DNA of 64,000 nucleotides, taken from positions 2,112,001-2,176,000 of the forward strand of contig OZ253470.1 in the NCBI GenBank assembly GCA_965261735.1, in the 5' to 3' direction. Both the position numbers and the translations under genes were made by a program. Below are positions 1 to 9,440 of this stretch, piece after piece (the first letter of the stretch is position 1; each line of letters begins with the position of its first letter). This stretch comes from Alphaproteobacteria bacterium. GTDB lineage: Bacteria > Pseudomonadota > Alphaproteobacteria > SHVV01. The notes under the pieces were generated by a model that worked only from the letters and a program-made list of their open reading frames with translations, did no database searches and was not told the DNA's origin.

Positions 1-192
1 GGTGTCGAGGTTGCGGCAGATCGAGCAGCCGCGCACGTTCGCCGCCGCCGCGACCATCGCCTCGGCCAACGGCTCGAGCAGCGCCTCCTTGCGCTTGAGC
101 AGATAGAGCGCGGCACGGCGCGCCGATCGCGGCCCGAGGCCGGGCAGCTTGGCGAGCAGCTGGATAAGGCGTTCGATGTCGGCGCCGCGCAT
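1..192 (-). CDS. recR: Recombination mediator RecR (N-terminal part; runs off window)
   Basis: Manual translation [36 protein letters not shown]...CSICRNLDT shows the HhH motif and start of the Zn finger. Conserved dnaX-ybaB-recR order. Confidence 0.95.
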   Translation of the reverse strand, partial: MRGADIERLIQLLAKLPGLGPRSARRAALYLLKRKEALLEPLAEAMVAAAANVRGCSICRNLDT

Positions 193-235
193 GGCCCGCG
201 TCACGATAGATGCACGGCCCGCGGGTGCGCCGCCG

Positions 236-559
236 TCAAAACGGCAGCTTCATGCCCGGCGGCAGCGCCAGCCCGCCCGTGAGCTTGCCCATCTCCTCGG
301 CCGCCCGGGCCTCGACCTTGGCCTTGGCGTCGTTGTGGGCGGCTACCACCAGGTCCTCGACGACGGCGGCCTCGCCGCCCTCGAGCAGCGATGGCTCGAT
401 CGCGAGCTTGCGCATGTCGCCCTTGCCGTTGAGCGTCACGCTGACCATGCCGCCGCCAGCCGACCCGGTCAGCTCGATACGCTCGAGCACGGCCTGCATC
501 TCGCCCATGCGCTCCTGCATCTCCTGCGCCTGCTTCATGATCTGGCCGAGGTTCTTCAT
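236..559 (-). CDS. ybaB: Nucleoid-associated protein YbaB/EbfC
   Basis: [15 protein letters not shown]...[16 protein letters not shown]...[11 protein letters not shown]...GMKLPF; lies between dnaX and recR. Confidence 0.95.
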   Translation of the reverse strand: MKNLGQIMKQAQEMQERMGEMQAVLERIELTGSAGGGMVSVTLNGKGDMRKLAIEPSLLEGGEAAVVEDLVVAAHNDAKAKVEARAAEEMGKLTGGLALPPGMKLPF

Positions 560-566
560 CACCGCT

Positions 567-2414
567 TCACCCCTCCTGGTCCCCGGCACCGCCGGCCCGC
601 GGCCCGGCGTCTGCCGCCGCCTCGGCGTCGCCATCGAGGTCCGCATCCATCGGCTCGCCCTCGGCCGCCAAGGCGGCGATCCCGGCCGCGATGCCCGGCC
701 GCTTGCGCACCTCGGCGATCTCGGCGCCGGGAAAGGCGGCGAGTGCGGCCTTGACCAGGGGATGCTCGGCCGCGGCCTCGCGCTCGCTCGCCACGCGGCG
801 CACGTTCTGTTCGGTCAGCGTCGGCGCGCCCGCTTCGTTCGACAAGGTCACGACCCAGCGCGCCCCGGTGCACTCGCTGAGGAAGGCGGTGAGGCGGGCC
901 GCGAGATCGGCGGGTGCGTGGGCCGAGGGGCGGAACTCGATGCGTCCCGGCTCGAAACCAACCAGGTGGACGTCGTTGACCAGGTGGGCATAGAGCCGGA
1001 CCTCGCGCCGCACTGAAGCGAGCTTTGCCACGGCAGCGAAATCGGCGACCTCGGATCGCGCCGAGGGCGCCGGCTCCGAGGCCCGGGGCGCCGCGCGCTC
1101 TGCCGGTTCATCGGGCGCCGCCGCGTCCTCGGGCACCGGCTCGGGCACCTCGGCGAGCGCGGCCTGTGGGCCGGCCTGCGCGCCGGACGGAAACGACGGC
1201 ACCGGCTGGGCGGGGGGAGCGGGCGCCGGCGCGTCCGCACCGGCAGCGTCCGCGCCGCCGCCGGCCTGAATGAGCTCGGCCGGCGTCAGCAGGTCGGCGA
1301 CGTAGGCGAGGCGCACGAGTAGCATCTCGGCCGCCGCCAGCGGCGCCGGCGCGAGACGGGCCTCGCCCAAGCCCTTAAGCAGCATCTGCCAGGTCCGCGC
1401 CAGCATCGCCATCGACAGGCGCCCGGCCATCTCGGCGCCGCGGCGCCGCTCGGCGGCCGCGATCGCGACGTCCTCGCCCGCGCCGGCAACGATCTTGAGC
1501 CGCGTGAGCCAGTGCGTGAGGTCGAGCAGGTCCTGCACCACGACGAGGGGATCGGCGCCAGCGTCGTACATGTCGCGTAGCACCGCCAGCGCGTCGCCGA
1601 CCTCGCCTTTCATCACCAGGTCGAACAGGTCGAACAGGCGCGCACGGTCGGCGAGGCCGAGGATATCGCGCAGCGCCGCCTCGCCGACCGTACCCTCGCC
1701 GTGCGCGATCGCCTGGTCGAGCAGCGACAGGCCGTCGCGCACCGAACCCTCGGCGGCACGGGCGATGAGAGTGAGCGCGGCCGGCTCGACCACGGCGCCC
1801 TCGCGATCGGCGATCTCGCCGAGATAGTCGGCGAGCACGTCGAGCTCGACGCGGCGTAGATCGAAACGCTGGCAGCGCGACAGCACGGTCAGCGGGATCT
1901 TGCGGATCTCGGTGGTGGCGAAGACGAACTTGACCCGCGGCGGCGGCTCTTCGAGGGTCTTGAGCAGCGCGTTGAACGCCTGCGTCGACAGCATGTGCAC
2001 TTCGTCGATGATGTAGACCTTGAAGCGCGCGGAAGCTGGCAGGTAGCGCACGCCGTCGACGATCTCGCGGATATCGGCGACGCCGGTGTGGCTGGCGGCG
2101 TCCATCTCGAGGACATCGACGTGGCGGTCCTCGGCGATGGCGCGGCAGTGCTCGCACACCCCGCAGGGCGTCGCCGTCGGGCCGCCCGCGCCGTCGGCGC
2201 CGATGCAGTTGAGCGAGCGCGCGATGATGCGCGCGGTCGTCGTCTTGCCGACGCCGCGCACACCGGTCAGCATGAAGGCATGCGCCAGGCGCCCGCCGGC
2301 GATGGCGTTCTTCAGCGTGCGCACCATCGCCTCCTGGCCGATGAGCTCGCCCAGGCTCGCCGGCCGGTACTTGCGGGCGAGGACGCGATAAGCGGGTTGC
2401 GGGGCCTCGGTCAT
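567..2414 (-). CDS. dnaX: DNA polymerase III subunit gamma/tau
   Basis: YRVLARKYRP, Walker A GVRGVGKTT, IIDEVHMLS, FNALLKTLEEPP, SRCQRFDL. Confidence 0.98.
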   Translation of the reverse strand: MTEAPQPAYRVLARKYRPASLGELIGQEAMVRTLKNAIAGGRLAHAFMLTGVRGVGKTTTARIIARSLNCIGADGAGGPTATPCGVCEHCRAIAEDRHVDVLEMDAASHTGVADIREIVDGVRYLPASARFKVYIIDEVHMLSTQAFNALLKTLEEPPPRVKFVFATTEIRKIPLTVLSRCQRFDLRRVELDVLADYLGEIADREGAVVEPAALTLIARAAEGSVRDGLSLLDQAIAHGEGTVGEAALRDILGLADRARLFDLFDLVMKGEVGDALAVLRDMYDAGADPLVVVQDLLDLTHWLTRLKIVAGAGEDVAIAAAERRRGAEMAGRLSMAMLARTWQMLLKGLGEARLAPAPLAAAEMLLVRLAYVADLLTPAELIQAGGGADAAGADAPAPAPPAQPVPSFPSGAQAGPQAALAEVPEPVPEDAAAPDEPAERAAPRASEPAPSARSEVADFAAVAKLASVRREVRLYAHLVNDVHLVGFEPGRIEFRPSAHAPADLAARLTAFLSECTGARWVVTLSNEAGAPTLTEQNVRRVASEREAAAEHPLVKAALAAFPGAEIAEVRKRPGIAAGIAALAAEGEPMDADLDGDAEAAADAGPRAGGAGDQEG

Positions 2415-2460
2415 GAAGATCCTGTACCCCGAGGGCTTCGGGGCGGGCGGTGGCGCCGGG

Positions 2461-2561
2461 GCGGGGGGCTGAACGAGCGAACCGGGCCTGGCTCGTTACG
2501 GCTGCTTCCTTCCGGACCTGACCGGGTTGGCGAGGGACCCGTCCACCGCCAACCCCCCTGC
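2461..2561 (-). ncRNA. ffs: Signal recognition particle 4.5S RNA
   Basis: Minus strand contains GGTCAGGTCCGGAAGGAAGCAGCC (SRP domain IV) inside a long hairpin with complementary ends, just upstream of dnaX. Confidence 0.93.
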
Positions 2562-2631
2562 ACGCATTTCAGCCCAAGGGGCGAGCCCATGCAAGCGCGT
2601 TCGCGGGCGGCGCGCCGTCGACGGCGAACCG

Positions 2632-3678
2632 CTAGTCGCTTCCCGTGCGGAACACTTTGTCGAGGAAACGCGCGAGGTCGGCGTTCGAGCGCGCGCGGAC
2701 ATCATCGTCGCGGCCGATGAGGTAGCCGGCCTGGTCCGCGCACAGGGCCAGGATGAGCTTGCGCGTCCACGGGTTGAGCATGGGCAGGAGCCAGCGGCCG
2801 TGGTGGACGCCGCCGTCGCGCTCGACGACGAGGCGGCAGCCGGCCAAGTTGCGGCCGATCTCGCGCGGGCGGGCGAACCGACCGTCCCACTGGTGGTAGG
2901 CATCTTCGTAGACGACGACCTCGACCGGCGCACCGCCGGATCGCAGCGCGCCCGCCGTCCCTTCGCAGCGGCCGCGGTCGACGATGGCGTCGCGGCCGCC
3001 GAACAGCATGAGCACTGGGGCGCCGGTGGCGCGGTTATCGCGGAAGGTGACGATGCACGGCGCGTAGAAGGCGACGTGGCCGGCGAAGCGCTCGCCGCCC
3101 GGCGCGAAGCGCCGCGCCACCTGGTCGTAGGCCGCGTAGGTCGCCGCCATCCCGCCATAGGAGAAGCCGATGAGCGCGACGCGGCCGGCGTCCACGTCGG
3201 CGCGCCCCGCGAGATAGCGCAAGCCGGCGAAGGCATCGGCCAGGACCATGGCCTCTGTGATCTCGATCAACCGGTCGATGAAACGGCTTGCGCGCTCGCG
3301 CCGCGCCGCGAAGGCATCGATGACGAGGGCCGCAACCCCCATCGATGCGAGCTGCCGCGCGTACGTAAGCTCGCGCGCCCACATCACGCCGGCGGCCCCG
3401 TGGAGGATGATCGCGGCGGGTGCCGGCGATTGCGCCGAAGCCCCCGGTGGCAGGAACAGGGTGGCGAGCGCCGCGGTCGGCGCCTCGCACGAAGCGCGGC
3501 GATCGGAGAGGACGAACGGGCTGGAGCTGGGAAAGGTCACGCGGGTGCCAGCGATGTCAGCGAGGCGCTGCACGCTCGGCCACGGCGGCGTGAGGTCGGG
3601 CGCGGCCCGGCCGGGTGCACATACCGCGAGGACGAGAGTTGCGGCGAGCACCAGGGTGGGCGGTTGTGGCATTCTCAT
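2632..3678 (-). CDS. Dienelactone hydrolase-family alpha/beta hydrolase, probably exported
   Basis: IILHGAAG, GFSYGG nucleophile elbow, GGRDAIV, AYHQWD; hydrophobic signal-like N-terminus. Start uncertain. Confidence 0.8.
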   Translation of the reverse strand: MRMPQPPTLVLAATLVLAVCAPGRAAPDLTPPWPSVQRLADIAGTRVTFPSSSPFVLSDRRASCEAPTAALATLFLPPGASAQSPAPAAIILHGAAGVMWARELTYARQLASMGVAALVIDAFAARRERASRFIDRLIEITEAMVLADAFAGLRYLAGRADVDAGRVALIGFSYGGMAATYAAYDQVARRFAPGGERFAGHVAFYAPCIVTFRDNRATGAPVLMLFGGRDAIVDRGRCEGTAGALRSGGAPVEVVVYEDAYHQWDGRFARPREIGRNLAGCRLVVERDGGVHHGRWLLPMLNPWTRKLILALCADQAGYLIGRDDDVRARSNADLARFLDKVFRTGSD

Positions 3679-3814
3679 GGCGCGCTGCGATTCTAGGCGA
3701 GGCGGACGCCGACGCCCACCCGAGGAGCTGCGCAGTAAGTGGAATGCGCCTGTCGTACCCGGCCCACCCGGCCTAAGATGCGGGCGGCGGATCGGGGCGC
3801 GTGGGACGAGATCG

Positions 3815-4603
3815 ATGGGCGCGGGCTTGGCGAGACTCCTCGTACTCATCGCGGCCCTCGTGACGGCGCATCCGGCAGCCGCCCAGAATCGCGGCGCGCC
3901 GGTGAAGGTCGACCTGGAGCTCGTGCTCGCCGTCGACGTGTCCGGCTCCATGGACGCCGAGGAGCACGCGGTCCAGCGCTCGGGCTACGTCGAGGCCCTG
4001 CGCCACCCGGACCTATGGGCAGTCATCTGGAGCGGCGTCCACCAACGGATTGCGCTCACCTACATGGAGTGGGCGGGGCCTCACTCGCAGGTCATCGTCC
4101 TGCCGTGGCGGGTCATCGACAGCCCGGAGGCGGCGCGTGGCTTCGCCGAGGATCTCGCGGCGCGTCCCATCGCCTACATCCGCGGCACGTCGATCTCGGG
4201 CGCGCTGCACTATGCCGCCAGGCTGTTTCACAGCAACGGCTTCGAGGGCTCAGGCCGGGTGATCGACGTCTCGGGCGACGGGCCGAACAGCGCGGGGAGC
4301 CCGGTAGAGCCGGCGCGCGATGCGGTCCTCGCCCAGGGTATCACGATCAACGGCCTCCCCATCATGCTGCGCCCGACGCGCGGCGCCGTGGAGCTCGACC
4401 GTTACTACCACGACTGCGTGATCGGCGGTTTCGGGGCCTTCGTCCTGCCGGTGACGCACCCCGCCGAGCTCGCCAAGTCCATCCGCCGCAAGCTCGTTCT
4501 CGAGATCGCCGGCGGCGCCGCGCCGGCCGTCGTGCGCGCTCAAGCGCGCGCCCGCGCCGACTGCACAACCTACCGGCTCCGCCGGATCTGGGAGGTCCCC
4601 TAG
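3815..4603 (+). CDS. DUF1194 (vWA-like) exported protein
   Basis: VDLELVLAVDVSGSM MIDAS-like motif, VIDVSGDGPN, ITINGLPI, CVIGGFGAFV; signal peptide. Confidence 0.88.
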   Translation: MGAGLARLLVLIAALVTAHPAAAQNRGAPVKVDLELVLAVDVSGSMDAEEHAVQRSGYVEALRHPDLWAVIWSGVHQRIALTYMEWAGPHSQVIVLPWRVIDSPEAARGFAEDLAARPIAYIRGTSISGALHYAARLFHSNGFEGSGRVIDVSGDGPNSAGSPVEPARDAVLAQGITINGLPIMLRPTRGAVELDRYYHDCVIGGFGAFVLPVTHPAELAKSIRRKLVLEIAGGAAPAVVRAQARARADCTTYRLRRIWEVP

Positions 4604-4738
4604 GCGGGCGCAGTCGAGGCAATCGGAAACCGATCCAGATCAAGGCGTGCGCGCCGAGCGCGCTGCTATGGGGTGGGCACAGGCGTTTAAGTCGCAATCC
4701 AGGCGACCCTGTGATCGATGAAGGCTGGAGGAGAGTTT

Positions 4739-5020
4739 ATGGCTACTGGCAGCACCCGGTCGGAGGAGCGCGCCGTGGGTCCGATGCCGATGTGCCCGAT
4801 GGGCGAGACCTGCAAGCGCATGGTCGGGCGCCGCCCGTCGCGCTTCCTGATCTTCGTACCCGGGCTCGCGTTCATCGCCGCCGGCCTATTGATTTTCGTC
4901 GCGCCCCAGATCCTGGCTTGGCTCGTCGCCGCCGCGCTGCTCCTCGCCGGTCTCGCCATGCTGGGCGGCGCCTATTTTGTCCATGCGATAGGCAGGCGGC
5001 TCATGAGGACGCACCCCTAA
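4739..5020 (+). CDS. Small membrane protein (two hydrophobic segments, MPMCPM..C motif)
   Basis: GGAGGAG RBS before ATG 4739; hydrophobic C-terminal half. Confidence 0.65.
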   Translation: MATGSTRSEERAVGPMPMCPMGETCKRMVGRRPSRFLIFVPGLAFIAAGLLIFVAPQILAWLVAAALLLAGLAMLGGAYFVHAIGRRLMRTHP

Positions 5021-5119
5021 GCCTACCCGCGCGGCCCCGGCTCCGCAGACGCCCCGGCCGCAACACGGGCCCTTCCACGAATTCCTGGCGGCCGATGATT
5101 TGCGCTGGCGCCGGCTTCC

Positions 5120-6070
5120 ATGGCACCCTCGGCCGCCGCGATGACCGCCCCCGTCAACGTATTCGCCGGAAGCCCGCTCGACCGCGCGGGAAACCTGCGC
5201 CGTGACGCGGGCTGGCTGGCCTCGCGCCTCGTCGCCCCGGAGACCCGCTTCGTGCCGCTATGGCGCCTCCATCCGCTGGTCGGCGGCGGCGAAGCGCCCT
5301 CGATCGCCTGGCAGAGCCGCGAAGCCATGCGCCCCTTCGTCGAGGGTGGCGCCCCGTGGGTGCTGCTCGGCCTCGAGGGTGACGTGGCCCACTTCGCCGT
5401 CGACATCTCGCGCCTCGAGGCGCCCGAGGACAGCGCGCCCTTTGCCGGCGCCGGCACCTTCGCCGAGCTGCGCGCCGCCGCGGCGAGTCTGCCGGCCGGC
5501 GATGCGGCGATCCTGGCCCAGGCGCGCTCGCTGATCGATTGGCATGCGCGCCATGGCTTTTGCGCGGTTTGCGGGTCGCCTACCGTGGCCCAGGAAGGCG
5601 GCTCCATGCGGGTTTGCAGCCGCGAGCCCTGCGCCGCCCAGCATTTCCCGCGCACCGACCCCGTCGTCATCACCATCGTTGTGCACGACGATCACTGCCT
5701 CCTCGGCCGCAACGCGCGCTTCCCCGGAGGCTTCTACTCGGCGCTCGCCGGGTTCATCGAACAGGGCGAGACGATCGAGGAAGCCGTGCGCCGCGAGGTC
5801 GGCGAGGAGGCAGGGGTCGCCGTCGGCGCCGTCCGCTACCACTCCTCGCAGCCGTGGCCGTTCCCGTCCTCGCTGATGATCGGCTGTATCGCCGAGGCGG
5901 CCGCCACGACCATCAAGATCGATAAGCACGAGCTCGACGACGCGCGCTGGTTTCACCGCGACGCGGTACGCAAGGCCCTGGCCGGCGAGGACGAGGCCTC
6001 GGGGCTGCGCATGCCGCCGCCACTCGCCATCGCCCACCAACTCGCGCGCTGGTGGATGGAGACGTCCTGA
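5120..6070 (+). CDS. nudC: NAD(+)/NADH diphosphatase NudC
   Basis: FCAVCG Zn finger, FPRTDPVVI, Nudix box GFIEQGETIEEAVRREVGEEAG, SQPWPFPSSLM. Confidence 0.95.
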   Translation: MAPSAAAMTAPVNVFAGSPLDRAGNLRRDAGWLASRLVAPETRFVPLWRLHPLVGGGEAPSIAWQSREAMRPFVEGGAPWVLLGLEGDVAHFAVDISRLEAPEDSAPFAGAGTFAELRAAAASLPAGDAAILAQARSLIDWHARHGFCAVCGSPTVAQEGGSMRVCSREPCAAQHFPRTDPVVITIVVHDDHCLLGRNARFPGGFYSALAGFIEQGETIEEAVRREVGEEAGVAVGAVRYHSSQPWPFPSSLMIGCIAEAAATTIKIDKHELDDARWFHRDAVRKALAGEDEASGLRMPPPLAIAHQLARWWMETS

Positions 6071-6101
6071 CCGCTCGAATCGGCTCACACAAACCCGGGG
6101 T

Positions 6102-6241
6102 GTCACCCCCGCCCCACCCTCCCCCATCAAGGGGGAGGGCTAGAACTCGGAGTCGTTCGGTAATACCCCCTCCCCTGGGTGGGAGGGGAGTAGGGGGAGG
6201 GGGACGAATCGAACAGGGGGAGGGGCGAGTAAGTTACTTCC
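6102..6241 (+). repeat. Intergenic palindromic (REP/RIME/CIR-like) repeat, copy 1
   Basis: Stacked hairpins CCCTCCCCC-ATCAA-GGGGGAGGG and CCCCTCCC-CTGGGT-GGGAGGGG between convergent nudC and pheA; homologous inverted copy at 30543-30680. Confidence 0.8.
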
Positions 6242-6255
6242 TTCGCGAGCGGGTA

Positions 6256-7119
6256 CTAGTCCGTGGCGCGAAACGGGTGCGCGGGATAGACGCCGAGGAT
6301 CTTCACCTCGGCTGAGAAAAAGCCGAGCTCCTCGAGCGCGAGGCGCACCGGCTCGTCGTCCGGGTGGCCCTCGATATCGGCATAGAACTGCGCCTGGTTG
6401 AAGCTGCCGCCGACCTGGTAGCTCTCGAGCTTGACCATGTTGACGCCGGTGGTGGCGAAGCCACCGAGCGCCTTGTACAGGGCCGCCGGGACGTTGCGCA
6501 CGCGGAAGACGAACGTCGTCATGACGAGCCCCGACGATGGCGCCGGGTCGATGCGGGCGCGCCCCATGACGCCGAACCGCGTCGTGTTGTGTTGCGCGTC
6601 CTCGATATCGGCTTCGAGCACGTCGAGGCCGTAGATCTCGGCGGCGAGAGTGGAGGCAATGGCCGATTCGGCGGCGTCGCCGCGCTCGGCGATATCGGCG
6701 GCCGCGCCGGCCGTATCGGCGTGCACCTGCGGCTGCAACTCGTGCCGGCGGATGAAGTTGCGGCACTGGCTGAGCGCCTGCAGATGGCTGTGTACCGTCT
6801 TAAGACCCTTGAGCGAGGCGCCGCGGGGCGCCAGCAGCTGGTGGCGCACGCGCTGGAAATGCTCGGCGACGATGTAGAGGTCTGAGTCGGGCAGCAGATG
6901 GTGAATGTCGGCCACACGCCCCGCGAGCGAGTTCTCGATTGGGATCATGGCGCGGTCGGCGCGGCCCTCGGCGACCGCGCCGAAGGCATCATCGAAGGTT
7001 GCGCACGCGAGCGGCGCGAGGTCGGGATAGACCTCGCGGCAGGCGAGGTGCGAGTAGGCGCCGAGCGATCCCTGAAAGGCGATCGTGCGATCGGGCGCCG
7101 CGGGTTCGGAGGTGGGCAT
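6256..7119 (-). CDS. pheA: Prephenate dehydratase
   Basis: IAFQGSLGAYSH, PIENSLAG, HNTTRF, ACT domain RNVPAALYKALGGFATTGVNMVKLESY. Confidence 0.96.
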   Translation of the reverse strand: MPTSEPAAPDRTIAFQGSLGAYSHLACREVYPDLAPLACATFDDAFGAVAEGRADRAMIPIENSLAGRVADIHHLLPDSDLYIVAEHFQRVRHQLLAPRGASLKGLKTVHSHLQALSQCRNFIRRHELQPQVHADTAGAAADIAERGDAAESAIASTLAAEIYGLDVLEADIEDAQHNTTRFGVMGRARIDPAPSSGLVMTTFVFRVRNVPAALYKALGGFATTGVNMVKLESYQVGGSFNQAQFYADIEGHPDDEPVRLALEELGFFSAEVKILGVYPAHPFRATD

Positions 7120-7127
7120 GGGCGGGG

Positions 7128-7889
7128 TTAGTTCGCGCGCCCGGCGCCAAGCTCGGCGCGCACGCGCTCAAGATCGGCCGGAGTATTGACTTCGAGGATC
7201 GGACTGTCAACGAGGGCCGCGTCGATGCGCATGCCGGCCTCGAGCGCGCGCAGCTGCTCGAGCCGCTCGCGCTTCTCGAGCGGCGCCGGCGGCAGCGCGA
7301 CGAAGCGGGCGAGCGCCTCGGGCCGAAAGGCGTAGATGCCGAGATGATGGTAGAGCGGGCCCTCGCCCGCCGGCGCCGCGGCGCGGGTAAAGTACAGCGC
7401 GCGGCCGACGTCGGCGCCGGGCGCCAGCGACAGCACGACCTTGACGGTGTTGGGATCCACGGCCGCGGCGGCATCGCTCGTGGCTATAGCCAGGGTCGCG
7501 ATATCGACATTCCGTTCTTCGAGCGGGCGCAGCACGGCGCGGATGACGTCGGGATCGATGACCGGCAGATCGCCCTGGAAGTTGACGATGGCATCGAAGC
7601 GCCCGCCCGGATTGACCTTGCCGAGGGCCTCATGGACGCGGTCCGAGCCCGAGGCATGGTCGGGTCGCGTCATCACCGCCGCACCGCCCGCCGATTCGAC
7701 GGCGGCGGCGATCTCGGCCTCGCCGCAGGCGACGTACACCGGACCGATGTCGGCCTCCTCGGCGCGCCGCAGGACATGGACGATCATTGGCGTTCCTGCG
7801 CCGTCGATGGCGGCGAGCGGCTTTCCCGGCAGGCGCCGCGCCGCCATGCGGGCGGGAATGATAACGACCGGATGGGTGGGGAGAGTCAT
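7128..7889 (-). CDS. kdsB: 3-deoxy-manno-octulosonate cytidylyltransferase
   Basis: [44 protein letters not shown]. Confidence 0.95.
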   Translation of the reverse strand: MTLPTHPVVIIPARMAARRLPGKPLAAIDGAGTPMIVHVLRRAEEADIGPVYVACGEAEIAAAVESAGGAAVMTRPDHASGSDRVHEALGKVNPGGRFDAIVNFQGDLPVIDPDVIRAVLRPLEERNVDIATLAIATSDAAAAVDPNTVKVVLSLAPGADVGRALYFTRAAAPAGEGPLYHHLGIYAFRPEALARFVALPPAPLEKRERLEQLRALEAGMRIDAALVDSPILEVNTPADLERVRAELGAGRAN

Positions 7890-7989
7890 CGCAGTAGTGC
7901 TCGGCGCGCGCACTTATACGGGTTGCGCGGTGTCGGGGGAAGCCGCTAATCTCCCCGCGCACGAAACTCCGCTTTGCCGAAGCTTGCGC

Positions 7990-8526
7990 ATGAGCGCGTT
8001 CGAGTTCAACAAGTTTGCCGGCGCCTTCCTCGGCACCGTGATTCTGATCGTGGTCCTCAACCTGGTCGGGAACGAGCTGTTTGCGCCGCACGAGCCCGAG
8101 CAGCGCGCCATCGCCGTCAGCGAGCAGGCGGCACCGGCTGCGACCGAGGCGGCCGCCGAGACGCCGCCGCTCGGCGTTCTCCTGGCTGCCGCCGACGTCG
8201 AGAAGGGCAAGAAGGTCGCGAAAAAGTGCGCCTCGTGCCACACCTTCGTGCAGGGCGGCAAGAACAAGATCGGCCCCAACCTGTGGGCTACCCTTGGCGC
8301 TCAGCGGGCGCGCGTCGAGGGCTTCAAGTACTCCTCGGCCATGGCCGGTGCCGGCGGGGCCTGGGGCTACGACGAGCTCGACGCCTTTCTCGCCAACCCC
8401 AAGGCCGCGATCAAGGGCACTAAGATGACTTATGCCGGCGTCAAGAAGGCGACCGACCGGGCCGCCCTCATTCTCTACCTGCGGACGCTGAGCGACGCGC
8501 CGCCGCCGCTGCCGGCGGCGAACTAG
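7990..8526 (+). CDS. cycM: Membrane-anchored cytochrome c (CycM/cytochrome cY type)
   Basis: N-terminal anchor FEFNKFAGAFLG..., CASCH heme motif, GPNLW, GTKMTYAG. Confidence 0.88.
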   Translation: MSAFEFNKFAGAFLGTVILIVVLNLVGNELFAPHEPEQRAIAVSEQAAPAATEAAAETPPLGVLLAAADVEKGKKVAKKCASCHTFVQGGKNKIGPNLWATLGAQRARVEGFKYSSAMAGAGGAWGYDELDAFLANPKAAIKGTKMTYAGVKKATDRAALILYLRTLSDAPPPLPAAN

Positions 8527-8557
8527 CGGCCCGCCCTCGGCGCCGCCGACGCGGTCC

Positions 8558-9337
8558 ATGGGCGGCGCCTGTCCCGACGCCTTCGTAGCTCTCGCCGAGC
8601 GCCTCGCGGATGCCGCGGGCGCCATCATCCGCACTCACTTTCGCACGCCCGTGGCGGTCGAGCACAAGCCCGACGCGAGCCCGGTGACGATTGCCGACCG
8701 CGAGGCCGAGGCGGCCATGCGCGAGTTGATCGAACGCGCCTATCCCGATCACGGCATCCGCGGCGAGGAGCTCGGAGACATCCGCGTCGACGCCGAGTTC
8801 GTCTGGGTCCTCGACCCAATCGACGGCACGCGCTCCTTCATTACCGGCAAGCCCCTGTTCGGCACGCTGATCGCGCTGTGCGGGGACGGCCGCCCGGTCC
8901 TCGGCCTTATCGACCAGCCGATCAGCCGCGAGCGCTGGCTCGGGCGCGCCGGCGAACCGACGACGCTGAACGGCGCGCCGGCGCGCACCCGGCCCTGCGC
9001 CGATCTCGGCAAGGCCGCGCTCTACACCACCGGCCTCGAATGGTACGCGCCCGACGAGCGCCGCTCGTTCGAACGCCTGCGGGCCCGGGTCGGCATGACG
9101 CAGTACAGCGCCGACTGCTACGCCGTGGGGCTGCTCGCCAGCGGGTTTGTCGACCTGGTCGTCGAATGCGATCTCGAATGCTACGACTTTTGCGCCCTCG
9201 TGCCCGTGGTCGAGGGCGCCGGCGGTACCATCAGCGATTGGCAGGGGCGGCCGCTCGATCTGGCGAGCGGACGTCGCATCCTGGCGGCCGGGGATGCGGC
9301 CGCGCACGCACAGGCACTGACCCTTCTCGGGCCCTAA
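8558..9337 (+). CDS. hisN: Histidinol-phosphatase (inositol monophosphatase family)
   Basis: SPVTIADREAE, GEE, WVLDPIDGTRSF, YDFCALVPVVEGAGG. Confidence 0.88.
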   Translation: MGGACPDAFVALAERLADAAGAIIRTHFRTPVAVEHKPDASPVTIADREAEAAMRELIERAYPDHGIRGEELGDIRVDAEFVWVLDPIDGTRSFITGKPLFGTLIALCGDGRPVLGLIDQPISRERWLGRAGEPTTLNGAPARTRPCADLGKAALYTTGLEWYAPDERRSFERLRARVGMTQYSADCYAVGLLASGFVDLVVECDLECYDFCALVPVVEGAGGTISDWQGRPLDLASGRRILAAGDAAAHAQALTLLGP

Positions 9338-9440
9338 GCCCTCGGCCGGCGCGGGGCCGCGCTCGCCATCACGACGGGCGAGCGTCGCCGGACACGATCG
9401 GTTATGGTCACGGGCCGAGGATCGCGAGAGAAGGTGCGCC

